Shown here piece after piece: positions 29,468 through 40,900 of a stretch of DNA of 64,000 nucleotides. Numbering within the stretch: the stretch's first letter is position 1; each line of letters starts with the position of its first letter. This DNA comes from a virus: positions 1 through 64,000 of the IMG/VR virus record IMGVR_UViG_3300044846_004348; one strand, written 5' to 3'. The notes below the pieces were generated by a model. It was given only the letters and a program-made list of their open reading frames with translations. It ran no database searches and was not told the DNA's origin. The position numbers and the translations under genes are program-made.

Positions 29468-29800
29468 ATGTCAGATAAGTTGGCTATGGTTCCTTTTGCT
29501 ACATGTGAAGAGTGTTGGCTATCTGCTCATTCTAAATGGGAGCCACAAAGTATAGATCAGACTGGTAACATAATGATGAAACTAGTTGGTATAGAGGTTC
29601 CTCAAAAAACTAATACGGGTGCTGTTGAAGTCTGCTGTACCTGTGGTTCTGTGACTATTGCTGGTATATATGAGATGAAAAATCCAGAGACTGTTAATTT
29701 TACTAGGGAAGAAGAAGCAGATAAATATGAGTACGACTTAACTCATAGTTTTTTAGAGGCAGACGATGATGATGATTTTAATGAAGATAATCCCTTTTAA
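29468..29800 (+). CDS. Hypothetical Cys-rich (zinc-finger-like) protein
   Basis: CEEC..CCTC plus an acidic tail. Confidence 0.6.
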   Translation: MSDKLAMVPFATCEECWLSAHSKWEPQSIDQTGNIMMKLVGIEVPQKTNTGAVEVCCTCGSVTIAGIYEMKNPETVNFTREEEADKYEYDLTHSFLEADDDDDFNEDNPF

Positions 29801-29805
29801 TTAAT

Positions 29806-30144
29806 ATGAAAGATACTAGATTTGGTGACGACTTGTGGCAAGAGTGGGACGGGTTAGAACTCTCTTTTAACAAGTATTCAGAGTCTACTGTTTATTATAC
29901 AAAAGACCACACTAATATTAAAAATGATTTAGTTAGAAGAGCTTTGGCATCGGCTTTACAGAAAGACGGAGTTGCTATCTCTTTAGGTGAAGGTTTTAAA
30001 ATAATAGAAAACTCTAGAGTTGAGTACGGTTGGTCTGGATGTTTAGAAGATGAAGATGTTTTATCTAAATGTGATGAGAATGGTGAGACAGATTACGGTG
30101 ATTTAGTTGTTAACATTGTTCCAATTACTTGGATAGTTTTATAG
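29806..30144 (+). CDS. Hypothetical protein
   Basis: 112-aa ORF in a tightly packed run of genes. Confidence 0.55.
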   Translation: MKDTRFGDDLWQEWDGLELSFNKYSESTVYYTKDHTNIKNDLVRRALASALQKDGVAISLGEGFKIIENSRVEYGWSGCLEDEDVLSKCDENGETDYGDLVVNIVPITWIVL

Positions 30145-30189
30145 TGTGTTTAGTGTATAGTTTATAGTTTTTAGTCTTATGATTGTTGT

Positions 30190-30711
30190 ATGTGGAAACC
30201 TGCTAACAATCTTGAGTGGCAAAGGGATGCGCTGTGCGCAAAACCAAAAAATCGTAACTACATAAATTGGTTTTTTTCTAACAATACTTCCGAAAAATAC
30301 GGGGCAAAGAATATATGTTTTTCTTGCCCTGTAAGAAAAGAATGTCTTCAGTGGGGTTTAGAGCATCGTCAAATCTGGGGTATTTGGGGCGGTAAAGATG
30401 AAGTTGAGATACGAAGGGCTTTATCAGTTTCATATAAAGGTGAAGAGACTAGAAGAAGACGCTACCCAAACTGCCCATACTGTACTGCAAGACCCTCTAA
30501 ATTAAGAACCTCAACCGAGCAGTTGCCTAATGGTGGTAGATGGACAACAGCAAAGGTTGTGACTTGTGACGAGTGTGGTTTTTCTTGGAGAAGTAGAACT
30601 AGTGCAAATGCTGTTGAGGCATACAAAATAGACAGACAAGACAAAATAACTAAAAGATTAAAAGAAAAAGAAAAGTTATCTAAGAAGAAGAGGGGTCGGA
30701 AGAAGAAATAG
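30190..30711 (+). CDS. whiB: WhiB-family regulator fused to a zinc ribbon and basic tail
   Basis: WQRDALC..AKNICFSCPVRKEC..WGIWGG, then CPYC..CDEC and a Lys/Arg-rich end. Confidence 0.88.
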   Translation: MWKPANNLEWQRDALCAKPKNRNYINWFFSNNTSEKYGAKNICFSCPVRKECLQWGLEHRQIWGIWGGKDEVEIRRALSVSYKGEETRRRRYPNCPYCTARPSKLRTSTEQLPNGGRWTTAKVVTCDECGFSWRSRTSANAVEAYKIDRQDKITKRLKEKEKLSKKKRGRKKK

Positions 30712-31768
30712 TTTTTCCACCTATTTCATAGAAAGTTAAGTTTTTTTGTAGTCTCTCATCATTTGGATTTATCTCTACAGCTTTCTTCCCGTACTCTAAT
30801 GCTTCAGAGTACTTACCTAATCTATAGCAAGATATTGCGGCAAAATCGTATGGAGATTCCCCCCAAGCGTCTGCTTCGCAAAGATACTCTAAAGGTTTTT
30901 CTTTAATACTTAAAGTTTCTATGGAGCACTCTAGACAGTTTTTCCAGTCTTGTTTTGAGTAGTAATATTTTGCTAAATCTAGCCAAGGCTCTCTTCTACC
31001 AGGGGCTTGCTCTATTGCTTGTCTAAACCAGTACTCTGCTTTGTCTGTTTCAATTTTACCTAAGTAACGCATTGAAGCCGCACGTTCTGGTGGCCATTGT
31101 GCTCTTGGTAGTTCTAAATGACGTTTAAATTCTTTTGATGCTTCCTCATATCTACCATAAAAATATAACTCTCTAGCGTAATAAAAAGCATTTCTATCAT
31201 CAGATAAATCTTCTTGCACTGCTTGAGCAAGTAGTGGAAGATATTGTGATCTTGGTTTTGTATTATCTGCGTGATGGTGTATTTCTAAATCTACCCATCC
31301 TTGTAGTTCTGGGCTATCACCGTATCTAACTAGAACTTCGTGTACTGGGTGTTTCCAGCGATACCCCCATCTGGTGTGGATTTTATCGCCTCCATATTGT
31401 AATCCTGGTGTTCCATCTTCATTCCAATTCCATGTGTACTGGTATCTAGGACGAGTCCAATTATTTTTTAGTGCTTTTTCTAAGCACTCTCTCCAGCCAG
31501 GTAGTAATACTTCATCCATATCTAAAGCTATGCAGTAGTCTATATCTGTTGGTAGAGATGCAAGACTAGCGTTTCTTGCTACATCGAATCTCCAAGGTTT
31601 TACATATATAGGTAAAACATTTATGCCTAAAGACTTTGCGTGCTGTACAGTTCCATCTGTTGAACCAGTATCTGCAATTAGTAGATAGTCTGCTTCTTTT
31701 GCTGACTCGTACCAAGCGTCTACAAACTGTCTCTCATTTAAAGCTATGGTGTATATCGCTATTTTCAT
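30680..31768 (-). CDS. GT2 glycosyltransferase with C-terminal TPR repeats
   Basis: YTIALNE, DTGSTDGT, WRFDVARNASL, DMDE (DxD), PVHE, followed by TPR helices. Confidence 0.9.
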   Translation of the reverse strand: MKIAIYTIALNERQFVDAWYESAKEADYLLIADTGSTDGTVQHAKSLGINVLPIYVKPWRFDVARNASLASLPTDIDYCIALDMDEVLLPGWRECLEKALKNNWTRPRYQYTWNWNEDGTPGLQYGGDKIHTRWGYRWKHPVHEVLVRYGDSPELQGWVDLEIHHHADNTKPRSQYLPLLAQAVQEDLSDDRNAFYYARELYFYGRYEEASKEFKRHLELPRAQWPPERAASMRYLGKIETDKAEYWFRQAIEQAPGRREPWLDLAKYYYSKQDWKNCLECSIETLSIKEKPLEYLCEADAWGESPYDFAAISCYRLGKYSEALEYGKKAVEINPNDERLQKNLTFYEIGGKTISSSDPSSS

Positions 31769-31772
31769 ATAT

Positions 31773-32063
31773 TTACCCTATCAGAAAATGTCTTACTATT
31801 GCGGCTATAGCCAAAAAAGACCACAGTATGTTGAACCATATAAGTGTAGGTAGTGTTTTTACTGTAGAAGACCATATTAGCATTAAACTTGATATTAAAG
31901 CAAGTACGTAAAGCCACCATATTTGTATATTAAAAAGTAATCCAGGTATAATTATGACTGCTTTTACTACAAAAGCAAAAAATTCCACACTGTTTTCTCT
32001 ATTCCAATATTTTTTATGGGTCATAGTTTTTAAGGCTACAAACCACTCTTTTTTTATATTCAA
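31773..32063 (-). CDS. Small membrane protein (about 3 TM helices)
   Basis: 96 aa, three hydrophobic segments, overlaps the halogenase stop codon. Confidence 0.7.
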   Translation of the reverse strand: MNIKKEWFVALKTMTHKKYWNRENSVEFFAFVVKAVIIIPGLLFNIQIWWLYVLALISSLMLIWSSTVKTLPTLIWFNILWSFLAIAAIVRHFLIG

Positions 32064-33610
32064 GACTTTAGATCCTCTATAAAATCTTTATGTGACATAC
32101 ATTTTTCTACAACTTCATCTTGATTTTTTATAAAAACCTCATAACTATCTGAAATAAAATCATATAGTTTATTAGATTCGTATGTATCTTTGTATGTTTT
32201 TTTATTTATTAAATCTAATCCTTCGCCTACAGAAATCCAACTCTCTAATGGAAACATTTTTGAAGAGAAATCTGTATAGTCCCAGACTCTATAATCTAAA
32301 ATATCTATATAATTTTTTAGTTCTTTAGAGTATGTATCTTTATTGTTAAATTTTTTCCAGAATTCAGTGTCTTTTCTTTTTGTTAAATAATGTAAATGAA
32401 TAAAATCTACAATTTCTTCATTTGCTTTTATAAATTTTTTATTGAATTCCTCTATAACATCATCATTTATATTTATTATACTGTTAAGATTTGACATAGA
32501 ATTTGTTATATTTATTATTGAAACCCATATTGAAGTTGCCTCTAGTGGTTCTATAAAACCAGAAGAAAGTCCTACTGCAATACAATTTTTTACCCATGGT
32601 TTTTTATAGTATCCAGCATTAAATTTAAAAGTTTTAGGAGAGTCTATTTTAAAACCTAAATATTCTTCAATCTCTTTTTTAGCATCTTCTTCAGATACTA
32701 AACTAGAATCAAAAACATACCCGCACCCATACCTGTTTTGAAGTGGTATTTTCCACATCCAACCATATTTCATAGCTATTGACTCGGTGTATGAAGGAAT
32801 ATCTTTATCTATAGGTAGGAAAAAAGGTATGGCAGTGTCTACTGGAAGTTTTTCTTTGTGACTTTTCCACTCAGATTTATAAATTTTTTCAATTATTAAT
32901 CTTTTAAAACCAGAGCAATCAAAAATAAAATCAACTTCTATTTCTTCTTTTGTATCTAAAACTAGTTTAGAAATATTTCCTTCTTTGTCTTGCTTAATAT
33001 CTAGTACTATGCCTTCTACTACATTAATGCCTCTTTCAATTCCTATGCTTTCTAGTGTCTTAGCAAAACTGACTGCATTAAAATGTAAAGCAAAGTAAGA
33101 ATTCATTACATATTTATGTATTGGATCTTGTATAATTTGATTATCGTAATCTGGATGTAAAGTAAATCCTACTTTATCCTTTTCTCCAATTTTTTCAACA
33201 AAATTTACCTGACTTAAAGGTTTGTCTAGTTCTTTAGTTACAACATGTAGAACATTTGTTTTTGGTAAAATTTCTGGGTTGTCAAAAGAAGATAATCCTA
33301 CATTTTCATTAGACAAAAAGCCGTGGTAATAGTAAGAATTATCGCCATTCCAATTTGTAAATTTAATTCCGTTTTTAATAGTGGCATCTGCATCTTTTAT
33401 AATTCTTGATGCTGGTATGTTTAGGTAGTCTAAAAAACTAATTATGCTAGGGGTAGTTCCCTCTCCAGCTCCCAGCACACCAATATCATCAGATTTAACT
33501 AATGTAACATTTGAGTCATAAAATTTTTTCTTAGCGTATAGAGCGGTAAGCCACCCAGCGGTGCCTCCACCTAAAATGACAATTTCATTAAATGATTTGT
33601 TTTTTGACAT
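32060..33610 (-). CDS. Flavin-dependent (tryptophan halogenase-family) enzyme
   Basis: GGGTAG, GAGEGT, ATIKNGIKF (catalytic Lys position), DCSGF, WMWKIP (WxWxIP), FIEPLEATSI. Confidence 0.9.
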   Translation of the reverse strand: MSKNKSFNEIVILGGGTAGWLTALYAKKKFYDSNVTLVKSDDIGVLGAGEGTTPSIISFLDYLNIPASRIIKDADATIKNGIKFTNWNGDNSYYYHGFLSNENVGLSSFDNPEILPKTNVLHVVTKELDKPLSQVNFVEKIGEKDKVGFTLHPDYDNQIIQDPIHKYVMNSYFALHFNAVSFAKTLESIGIERGINVVEGIVLDIKQDKEGNISKLVLDTKEEIEVDFIFDCSGFKRLIIEKIYKSEWKSHKEKLPVDTAIPFFLPIDKDIPSYTESIAMKYGWMWKIPLQNRYGCGYVFDSSLVSEEDAKKEIEEYLGFKIDSPKTFKFNAGYYKKPWVKNCIAVGLSSGFIEPLEATSIWVSIINITNSMSNLNSIININDDVIEEFNKKFIKANEEIVDFIHLHYLTKRKDTEFWKKFNNKDTYSKELKNYIDILDYRVWDYTDFSSKMFPLESWISVGEGLDLINKKTYKDTYESNKLYDFISDSYEVFIKNQDEVVEKCMSHKDFIEDLKS

Positions 33611-33661
33611 ATAGGTATATACCTCTCTGAATCTCTCTGTTATATACTACACTAAACTATT

Positions 33662-34279
33662 TTAATATGGTGTTTTTCCACTAAAACTGTTGTGTGGTGT
33701 TAGTGCCCAAAAAGAGTCCTCTGAGTCCCCATCAAAATAGTTTTCTAAAGAGTTTGTTTTCTGTAGCATAACAGAATCTACAAAAAACACGTCTGTATCT
33801 GACGTTGATCCTGTGACTACTCTTATAATTACATAATTTGCAGAAGCATTTTTTGTAAAAGAGGCAGAAAGTCTAGTCCATTGACCTATTGTTGGTGTGG
33901 TGCTTCCAATATTTGACGCTACAATTGTTGATCCGCCAAGGGTATCGGTTTGTATAACTCTAAAAAAGTTTGTTGCAGTGGTATTACCTTCTTGTTGTTT
34001 TACCCATGCGCTTACAAAATAAGTACCCGCTGTTTCTAGAGGAACTGCTGAATGTGCTACAGCAGAACCACTTACATTGTAAACTTTTAAACAAGCAGAT
34101 CCATTTACAGAGTCTGTAGTAACTCTTTCAAAAGTAGCTCCTGCCACACCAGACCAGTTACCTGTACCTACCTCAAAGGATGGGTTCTGTATATAGTTAA
34201 CTTTGTAACCAAGTAATCTAGGTTCCTGAGTATTCTTTAAGTTACCTGCTGCCCCTACTATACCTACCGTTGATGGCAT
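33662..34279 (-). CDS. Carbohydrate-binding (CBM4/9-like) virion protein
   Basis: NYIQNPSFEVG..W, YFVSAWVK, WTRLS, FFVDSVML, YFDGD. Confidence 0.7.
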   Translation of the reverse strand: MPSTVGIVGAAGNLKNTQEPRLLGYKVNYIQNPSFEVGTGNWSGVAGATFERVTTDSVNGSACLKVYNVSGSAVAHSAVPLETAGTYFVSAWVKQQEGNTTATNFFRVIQTDTLGGSTIVASNIGSTTPTIGQWTRLSASFTKNASANYVIIRVVTGSTSDTDVFFVDSVMLQKTNSLENYFDGDSEDSFWALTPHNSFSGKTPY

Positions 34280-34280
34280 A

Positions 34281-36221
34281 CTAAACCAATGCTAAATCTC
34301 CAGTAATCAGCCACTCATCAGTACCAATTTTAATTGCTGATGCGACTGAGTACTGAGTTCTTAAACTAGTAGTTGGTGTTGATCTTACAGTTACCCCACT
34401 AGCACCTACAAAAGTAACTTGACCAGTTCCATATTGAACAAAATCTATTCTTTGACCAGTTCCAAAAGCTACGGCAGCTTCTGTTGGAATTGTTATTTGA
34501 ACTGTTGTTGATTTATTAATTTTTAATAATTTTCCAGTATCGGTTAGTGACAAAGTGTAGTTATCTACTTGTTCTTCTATAGATTGAGCAGTTGCCCAGT
34601 CACCTTGCGGTCCAGTAGGTCCAGTTACAGTACTTGCCGCACCCGTCGGACCTGTCGCACCCGTAGGTCCTTCAGATCCAGTCGGTCCAGTTACAGTACT
34701 TGCAGCACCAGTTGGCCCTGTCGGTCCCGTAGGTCCTGTCGGCCCTGTAGGACCTAAAATTGGACCCAAATCATCCCATGCTGCACCGTCCCAGAAATAA
34801 ACATCTCCAGTATCTAAAGTTAAATATGAATCATCTGCTGTAGGTCCTGTAGGTAGACCTGCAAAATTAGCAACACTACCTAAAAAGTTAACTGGGTAGG
34901 CTTGAGCACCCGTTGCACCCGTTGCACCAGTTGCACCCGTCGCACCCGTTGCACCTGTCGGACCTGTAGGTCCAGGAGCAGTAGATGTTGGTCCCGTAGG
35001 TCCAGTATCCCCTAAATCACCAGTTCTAGAAAATTCTATTGTATAACTGCTACTTGCTAATGGTATTGCCCCAGAAATATAAGAAATTGGAACTTTAAAA
35101 TAATCTCCAGAAACTACCACATCTGATGTAACTTTTAAAACCGTTCTTACTGCCCCAGGTGTAGTTGAGATAAATAAAGTTCCTCTATCTGAAGAAGTAG
35201 TTGAATCATCCCACGAAGAAATCCAACTAGAAAAATCAGCAGCAAATGTAAAACTTGTTTTATTTATAAACAATTGACTAGCACTAGCTACAGTTGAATT
35301 ATTTAATCTAAATTGACCAGTACCTGGATCTTCATCGACTGTGCTACTAGAAAACCTAAAAGTAGGAAATGATCTAGGCCCCGTTGCACCTGTCGGACCA
35401 GTGTCTCCTGTAGGTCCTGTAATACTTGCACCCGTCGGTCCCGTAGGTCCAGTTGGTCCACCTTCTGGTCCCGTAGGTCCAAGCGCACCTGTTGCACCTG
35501 TAGGACCTGTCACACCTTGAATTCCTTGTGAACCAGTTGGTCCTATCGGTCCTACAAAAGGTCCGACGTTGTCCCATTCTTGGTTTAAATCATTCCAAAT
35601 ATATAATTCATTTTGGATAACATATGAGTCTCCAATATTTCCAACTGGACTATCGGCTTCTAAAAGTTCTAAAGTTGCATAACTTCCTAATACAGAAACT
35701 CCAGATCCCTGTGGTCCAGTTGATCCCGTTGGTCCAAGCAATCCTTGCGCACCTGTTGGTCCTGTTGGCCCTAAACCTACGTAAGCAAGTTCTAACCAAG
35801 CACTACCTGTATAGAAAGAAACTTCTCCATCACTTGGCTTTACCCAAATGTCACCTACTTCAGCAAAGCCTGGTTGATTTTCTACATAAGATATATTAGA
35901 TCTACCTTCAGTTTCATATAACAAATTTAGAGAAAAAGATATAGTTGCAGTATTGCTAGTAACGTAAACTATATCTCCTATATCTAGTGCAAATCTAAAA
36001 GTTTCAAAAGTTTGTCCTCCAGCTACTTCTAAATCATATGCAAGGTAGGCTCTATCTGTTGCGGAGTTAGTTCCAGAAGGCTGTATATAAACCTGTACTA
36101 AAGAAGATACGCTGCTTTTGTTAGTTACAATAACTGAGGCAACACCAGAAATAGTTAGTGTTGGAAAAGAATCTAAAACATTTGCTAAAGGATTTAATAC
36201 TCCAATTCTTTGAATAGCCAT
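34281..36221 (-). CDS. Collagen-like fibre protein (646 aa)
   Basis: GPT/GAT triplet runs separated by globular modules; N-terminal domain paralogous to that of the 506-aa protein, C-terminal domain paralogous to that of the 550-aa protein. Confidence 0.85.
   Translation of the reverse strand: MAIQRIGVLNPLANVLDSFPTLTISGVASVIVTNKSSVSSLVQVYIQPSGTNSATDRAYLAYDLEVAGGQTFETFRFALDIGDIVYVTSNTATISFSLNLLYETEGRSNISYVENQPGFAEVGDIWVKPSDGEVSFYTGSAWLELAYVGLGPTGPTGAQGLLGPTGSTGPQGSGVSVLGSYATLELLEADSPVGNIGDSYVIQNELYIWNDLNQEWDNVGPFVGPIGPTGSQGIQGVTGPTGATGALGPTGPEGGPTGPTGPTGASITGPTGDTGPTGATGPRSFPTFRFSSSTVDEDPGTGQFRLNNSTVASASQLFINKTSFTFAADFSSWISSWDDSTTSSDRGTLFISTTPGAVRTVLKVTSDVVVSGDYFKVPISYISGAIPLASSSYTIEFSRTGDLGDTGPTGPTSTAPGPTGPTGATGATGATGATGATGAQAYPVNFLGSVANFAGLPTGPTADDSYLTLDTGDVYFWDGAAWDDLGPILGPTGPTGPTGPTGPTGAASTVTGPTGSEGPTGATGPTGAASTVTGPTGPQGDWATAQSIEEQVDNYTLSLTDTGKLLKINKSTTVQITIPTEAAVAFGTGQRIDFVQYGTGQVTFVGASGVTVRSTPTTSLRTQYSVASAIKIGTDEWLITGDLALV
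35985..36018. repeat. 34-nt perfect direct repeat, copy 1 (copy 2 at 37735-37768)
   Basis: TAGTGCAAATCTAAAAGTTTCAAAAGTTTGTCCT is identical at both sites. Confidence 0.9.
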
Positions 36222-36459
36222 TACTCACCACCCTCTACTAAAGAAACTTTGCCTTCATAGCAGCAGTGATCTGCTCCTGCAAGAGTTTCTACTGCTGTGT
36301 TGTAGACACCTTCAAGAAAATCTTCACGTCCAGTAGCCCATACTACATCTGAAATTAAAACTGTTTTGTTCTCAGAGGTGTTTTTGATAGTTAGGTTAAG
36401 CAAAGGAGCGTTCTCACTTTCTTCTGCTTTCCATTCAAAGTTGCCTACAGTTTCCATTA

Positions 36460-36463
<4 letters not shown>
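36221..36463 (-). CDS. Hypothetical protein
   Basis: 80-aa ORF coupled to both flanking fibre genes; HCC motif. Confidence 0.6.
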
Positions 36464-37980
<1,517 letters not shown>

Positions 37981-37989
37981 ATTATTCTC

Positions 37990-40900
37990 CTACGCCTGAG
38001 CTTCAGCCCACGACAATTTCGCTGATGTCAGTGTTTCTGAGCCAGTTAAACGTGCTACAGCAATTGTTATAATATCTGGACCATCTGGGAATACGCTGTT
38101 TCCACCTAAAATAGAGTTAGATAGTTCAAACAAATCACCGATGTCTACAGTAGTTCCTAATTCTTGACCATTTGCACCACTTGCACGGAAATTATAAACT
38201 TGAATACCACCAGAAATTGTGTCATTTGATGTGTGCTCAATTGTTTGAACTAGAGAAGGGGACTCTACTCCTACGAAATTTAAGTTATTTAGACGACCGT
38301 TGAGTAGTACTTTAACATCAATTAATTGATTAGTCTGTACACCAATTTCATTTAGACGAAGTTGCATTCTATTTATAATATCTCTATCACCTAATTGACC
38401 AGTTAATCCTTCGGAAACAGACGGACTTAAGCGAAGAGAAATTAGTGGCTGGTAGTTACCTCCAGAAGTGTTATTTAAACTTCCAGCAGGTGTAAATGAG
38501 TATGTTGATAAAGTATTACCTTGGTTGAAGAAGTTGACAACATTTTTTGAAACTAATGTTCCACCAGGAGGAGTTGCAGATCCTACATCTCTTCTATCAA
38601 CGAAAGCGTCGTAAGTAAATTGATTAGCAGCAGGTACAGTTGCAATTGTGTAGGATCCGTTAAATGAAGCAGCAAAAGCATCGGTGCTCATATTTACAAA
38701 TACACTATCCCCAACGTTGTATCCATGATTAGCACTCGTTGTTATTGTAACTCTGAAAGAGTTCTTTACTCTAGTAGTTACTGTAAATGTGGTTGCTTGT
38801 AAGTCGGCTAGTCTGTAATAAAGAATTATGTTATTAGTGTTTAGTGGTCTTATAAAATATGTTGCTTCGTTTTGAAGATTGTTAAAAGCATTTATTCCTG
38901 CAACTGTTTGTATAGCTGGGTTTTGGCTATTAGGTTGAAGGGAGCCAGAACCACTTATACCTTTAAATTGTAGTGGATCTCCTAAAGCAAAACCGTGTGA
39001 AGGTATGTTTATAATTTCGGTTTGAGTGTTAATTGCACTAGAACCAAAAGTTTTTGCGGTAGTTCCACCAATATTTAAAGAGGCACTAGATTTAGTGAAC
39101 AAATAGGCTCTATCATCATCAAATGTTCCATCCATCATTACCGAAGTTCCCCAGTGGAATAGGTATGGAATGTAGGTAGGGTTTTCAAATGTTACTACTT
39201 CGTATCGAGCAGGTAAGTTACCTGAGCGGAAGTATGATTCAAATTTTTGGTTGTTGTGAACAAACTCATGGACATAGCGAACTTGACCGTCTACTGTCTT
39301 AAATCCATAACGAATCTTACCTGCACCGTACCAAGAGTAATCCATATAAATCATTTGAATTTTAGATAGATCTAGGTTGTATCCAGTAATACCAGTGCCA
39401 TCGCAAGGATCTATTGACCATTGTGATTGAGGAACTCTTGTGTCTTCGGTAAGTGTTGCAATGATACCTGTTTTAGCGGAAACAAAAGAGTGTACAGTTC
39501 CCGATCCAACATCAGATAAGGTTACAAATTGCTCGGCAGTTGGACTTGCTTTTAACTTTAATGTGTTATTAGTTAGTACACTAATGTAGTAAGTTCTTCC
39601 ATTAATTAACCCGCCTATAGGGGTTCCATCAATTGAATTGTAAATTACTGGAAGGTTTTCAGTGTATCCATGATTTAATATAGTAATAACATTAGTTGAG
39701 GTATTTACTGCTGTACTTGGATTAAATTCTGTTTCATTACCAGAAGAACCTTTGTATTCAGGTTTAATAGAAATACGACTATCACTAGTTATTTCAGAAA
39801 CTTTATATGATTGACCTCTAAGAACAATGCTGTCTCCTACAGTTAGTTGAGCTTGGAACGCTGTATTTGTTCCAAAAATAAACTCTGATCCTTGTAAAGC
39901 AGCTATAGTTCCAGATATTTGTTGTGTTGAAGATCTACGCACACAGTAAAGTTCTTGTCCATCGAACTCAAAGAACATTCCGTTTTGATCATCGAACATT
40001 CCAGCGCGAAGGGCGCCATTTGTCCAAGCAGTAACGTGCATTCTTGGATATCCGTATGATCTGTTTTCTGTAATATTTACATTAGATATGTAGGTAAAGT
40101 TAAATGCGTCAATTACAGTAACTTGGAAAGTTCCGTTATAAATTTGACTTAACACATTTTGGGAATCAAAGGCATCATCAATTTTTACAAATAGACCGTT
40201 AATTAGTCCGTGAGGTCTTCTGGTCCTAACTGTGATAACGGAAGATGACCCTACTCTTCTCATATCTTCAACATCTATTGATGGTTTAAAGTTGATACCT
40301 GCAGATGTTTGAATACCTTTACCCGATTGATAACGGAAATATTTACGGGTTTGACGAATTATCTTTCCGTACCAGGTGCCGTATCCTGTAGACATTTCTA
40401 CTCCACCATCAAATGGACGATGTAGTGAGTATCCTTGAGGACGAACATATATGAATGTTGGGTACGAGTAACTTACATTTGTGTAGGCAGTGCTGTAAGG
40501 TCTGTCTACTGTAATTTGATCGTCTCCACCTATAGCAGCGATAGTTCTAATAATTGGTGTAGATGGTGTTATTTTAGATAGTTTTAAAGCAAAGCCAGTT
40601 CCCGCTGAAGAAATATCTACAGCGTTTGTATCGGCTGTTGCATCGGCTAGCGTGTTATAAAGTTTTACACTATTACTACTTAGTGGCGTTAGTGTTCCAG
40701 TTACTCCTGCTCCAGCTATATTACCCCCTGTAACTGTTGCAATAGCTTGTATTCTATTTGCAGCTGGCACATGAACTACAGTAAATGTACCGTTAAACAC
40801 TTCTGGATTTACACCAGTTATAGATGAGATAGTAAATCTATTACCAGCACGTAAGTTATGGTTTATTGATGTTGTGTAGTCTAGTATATTATCTGTTCTA

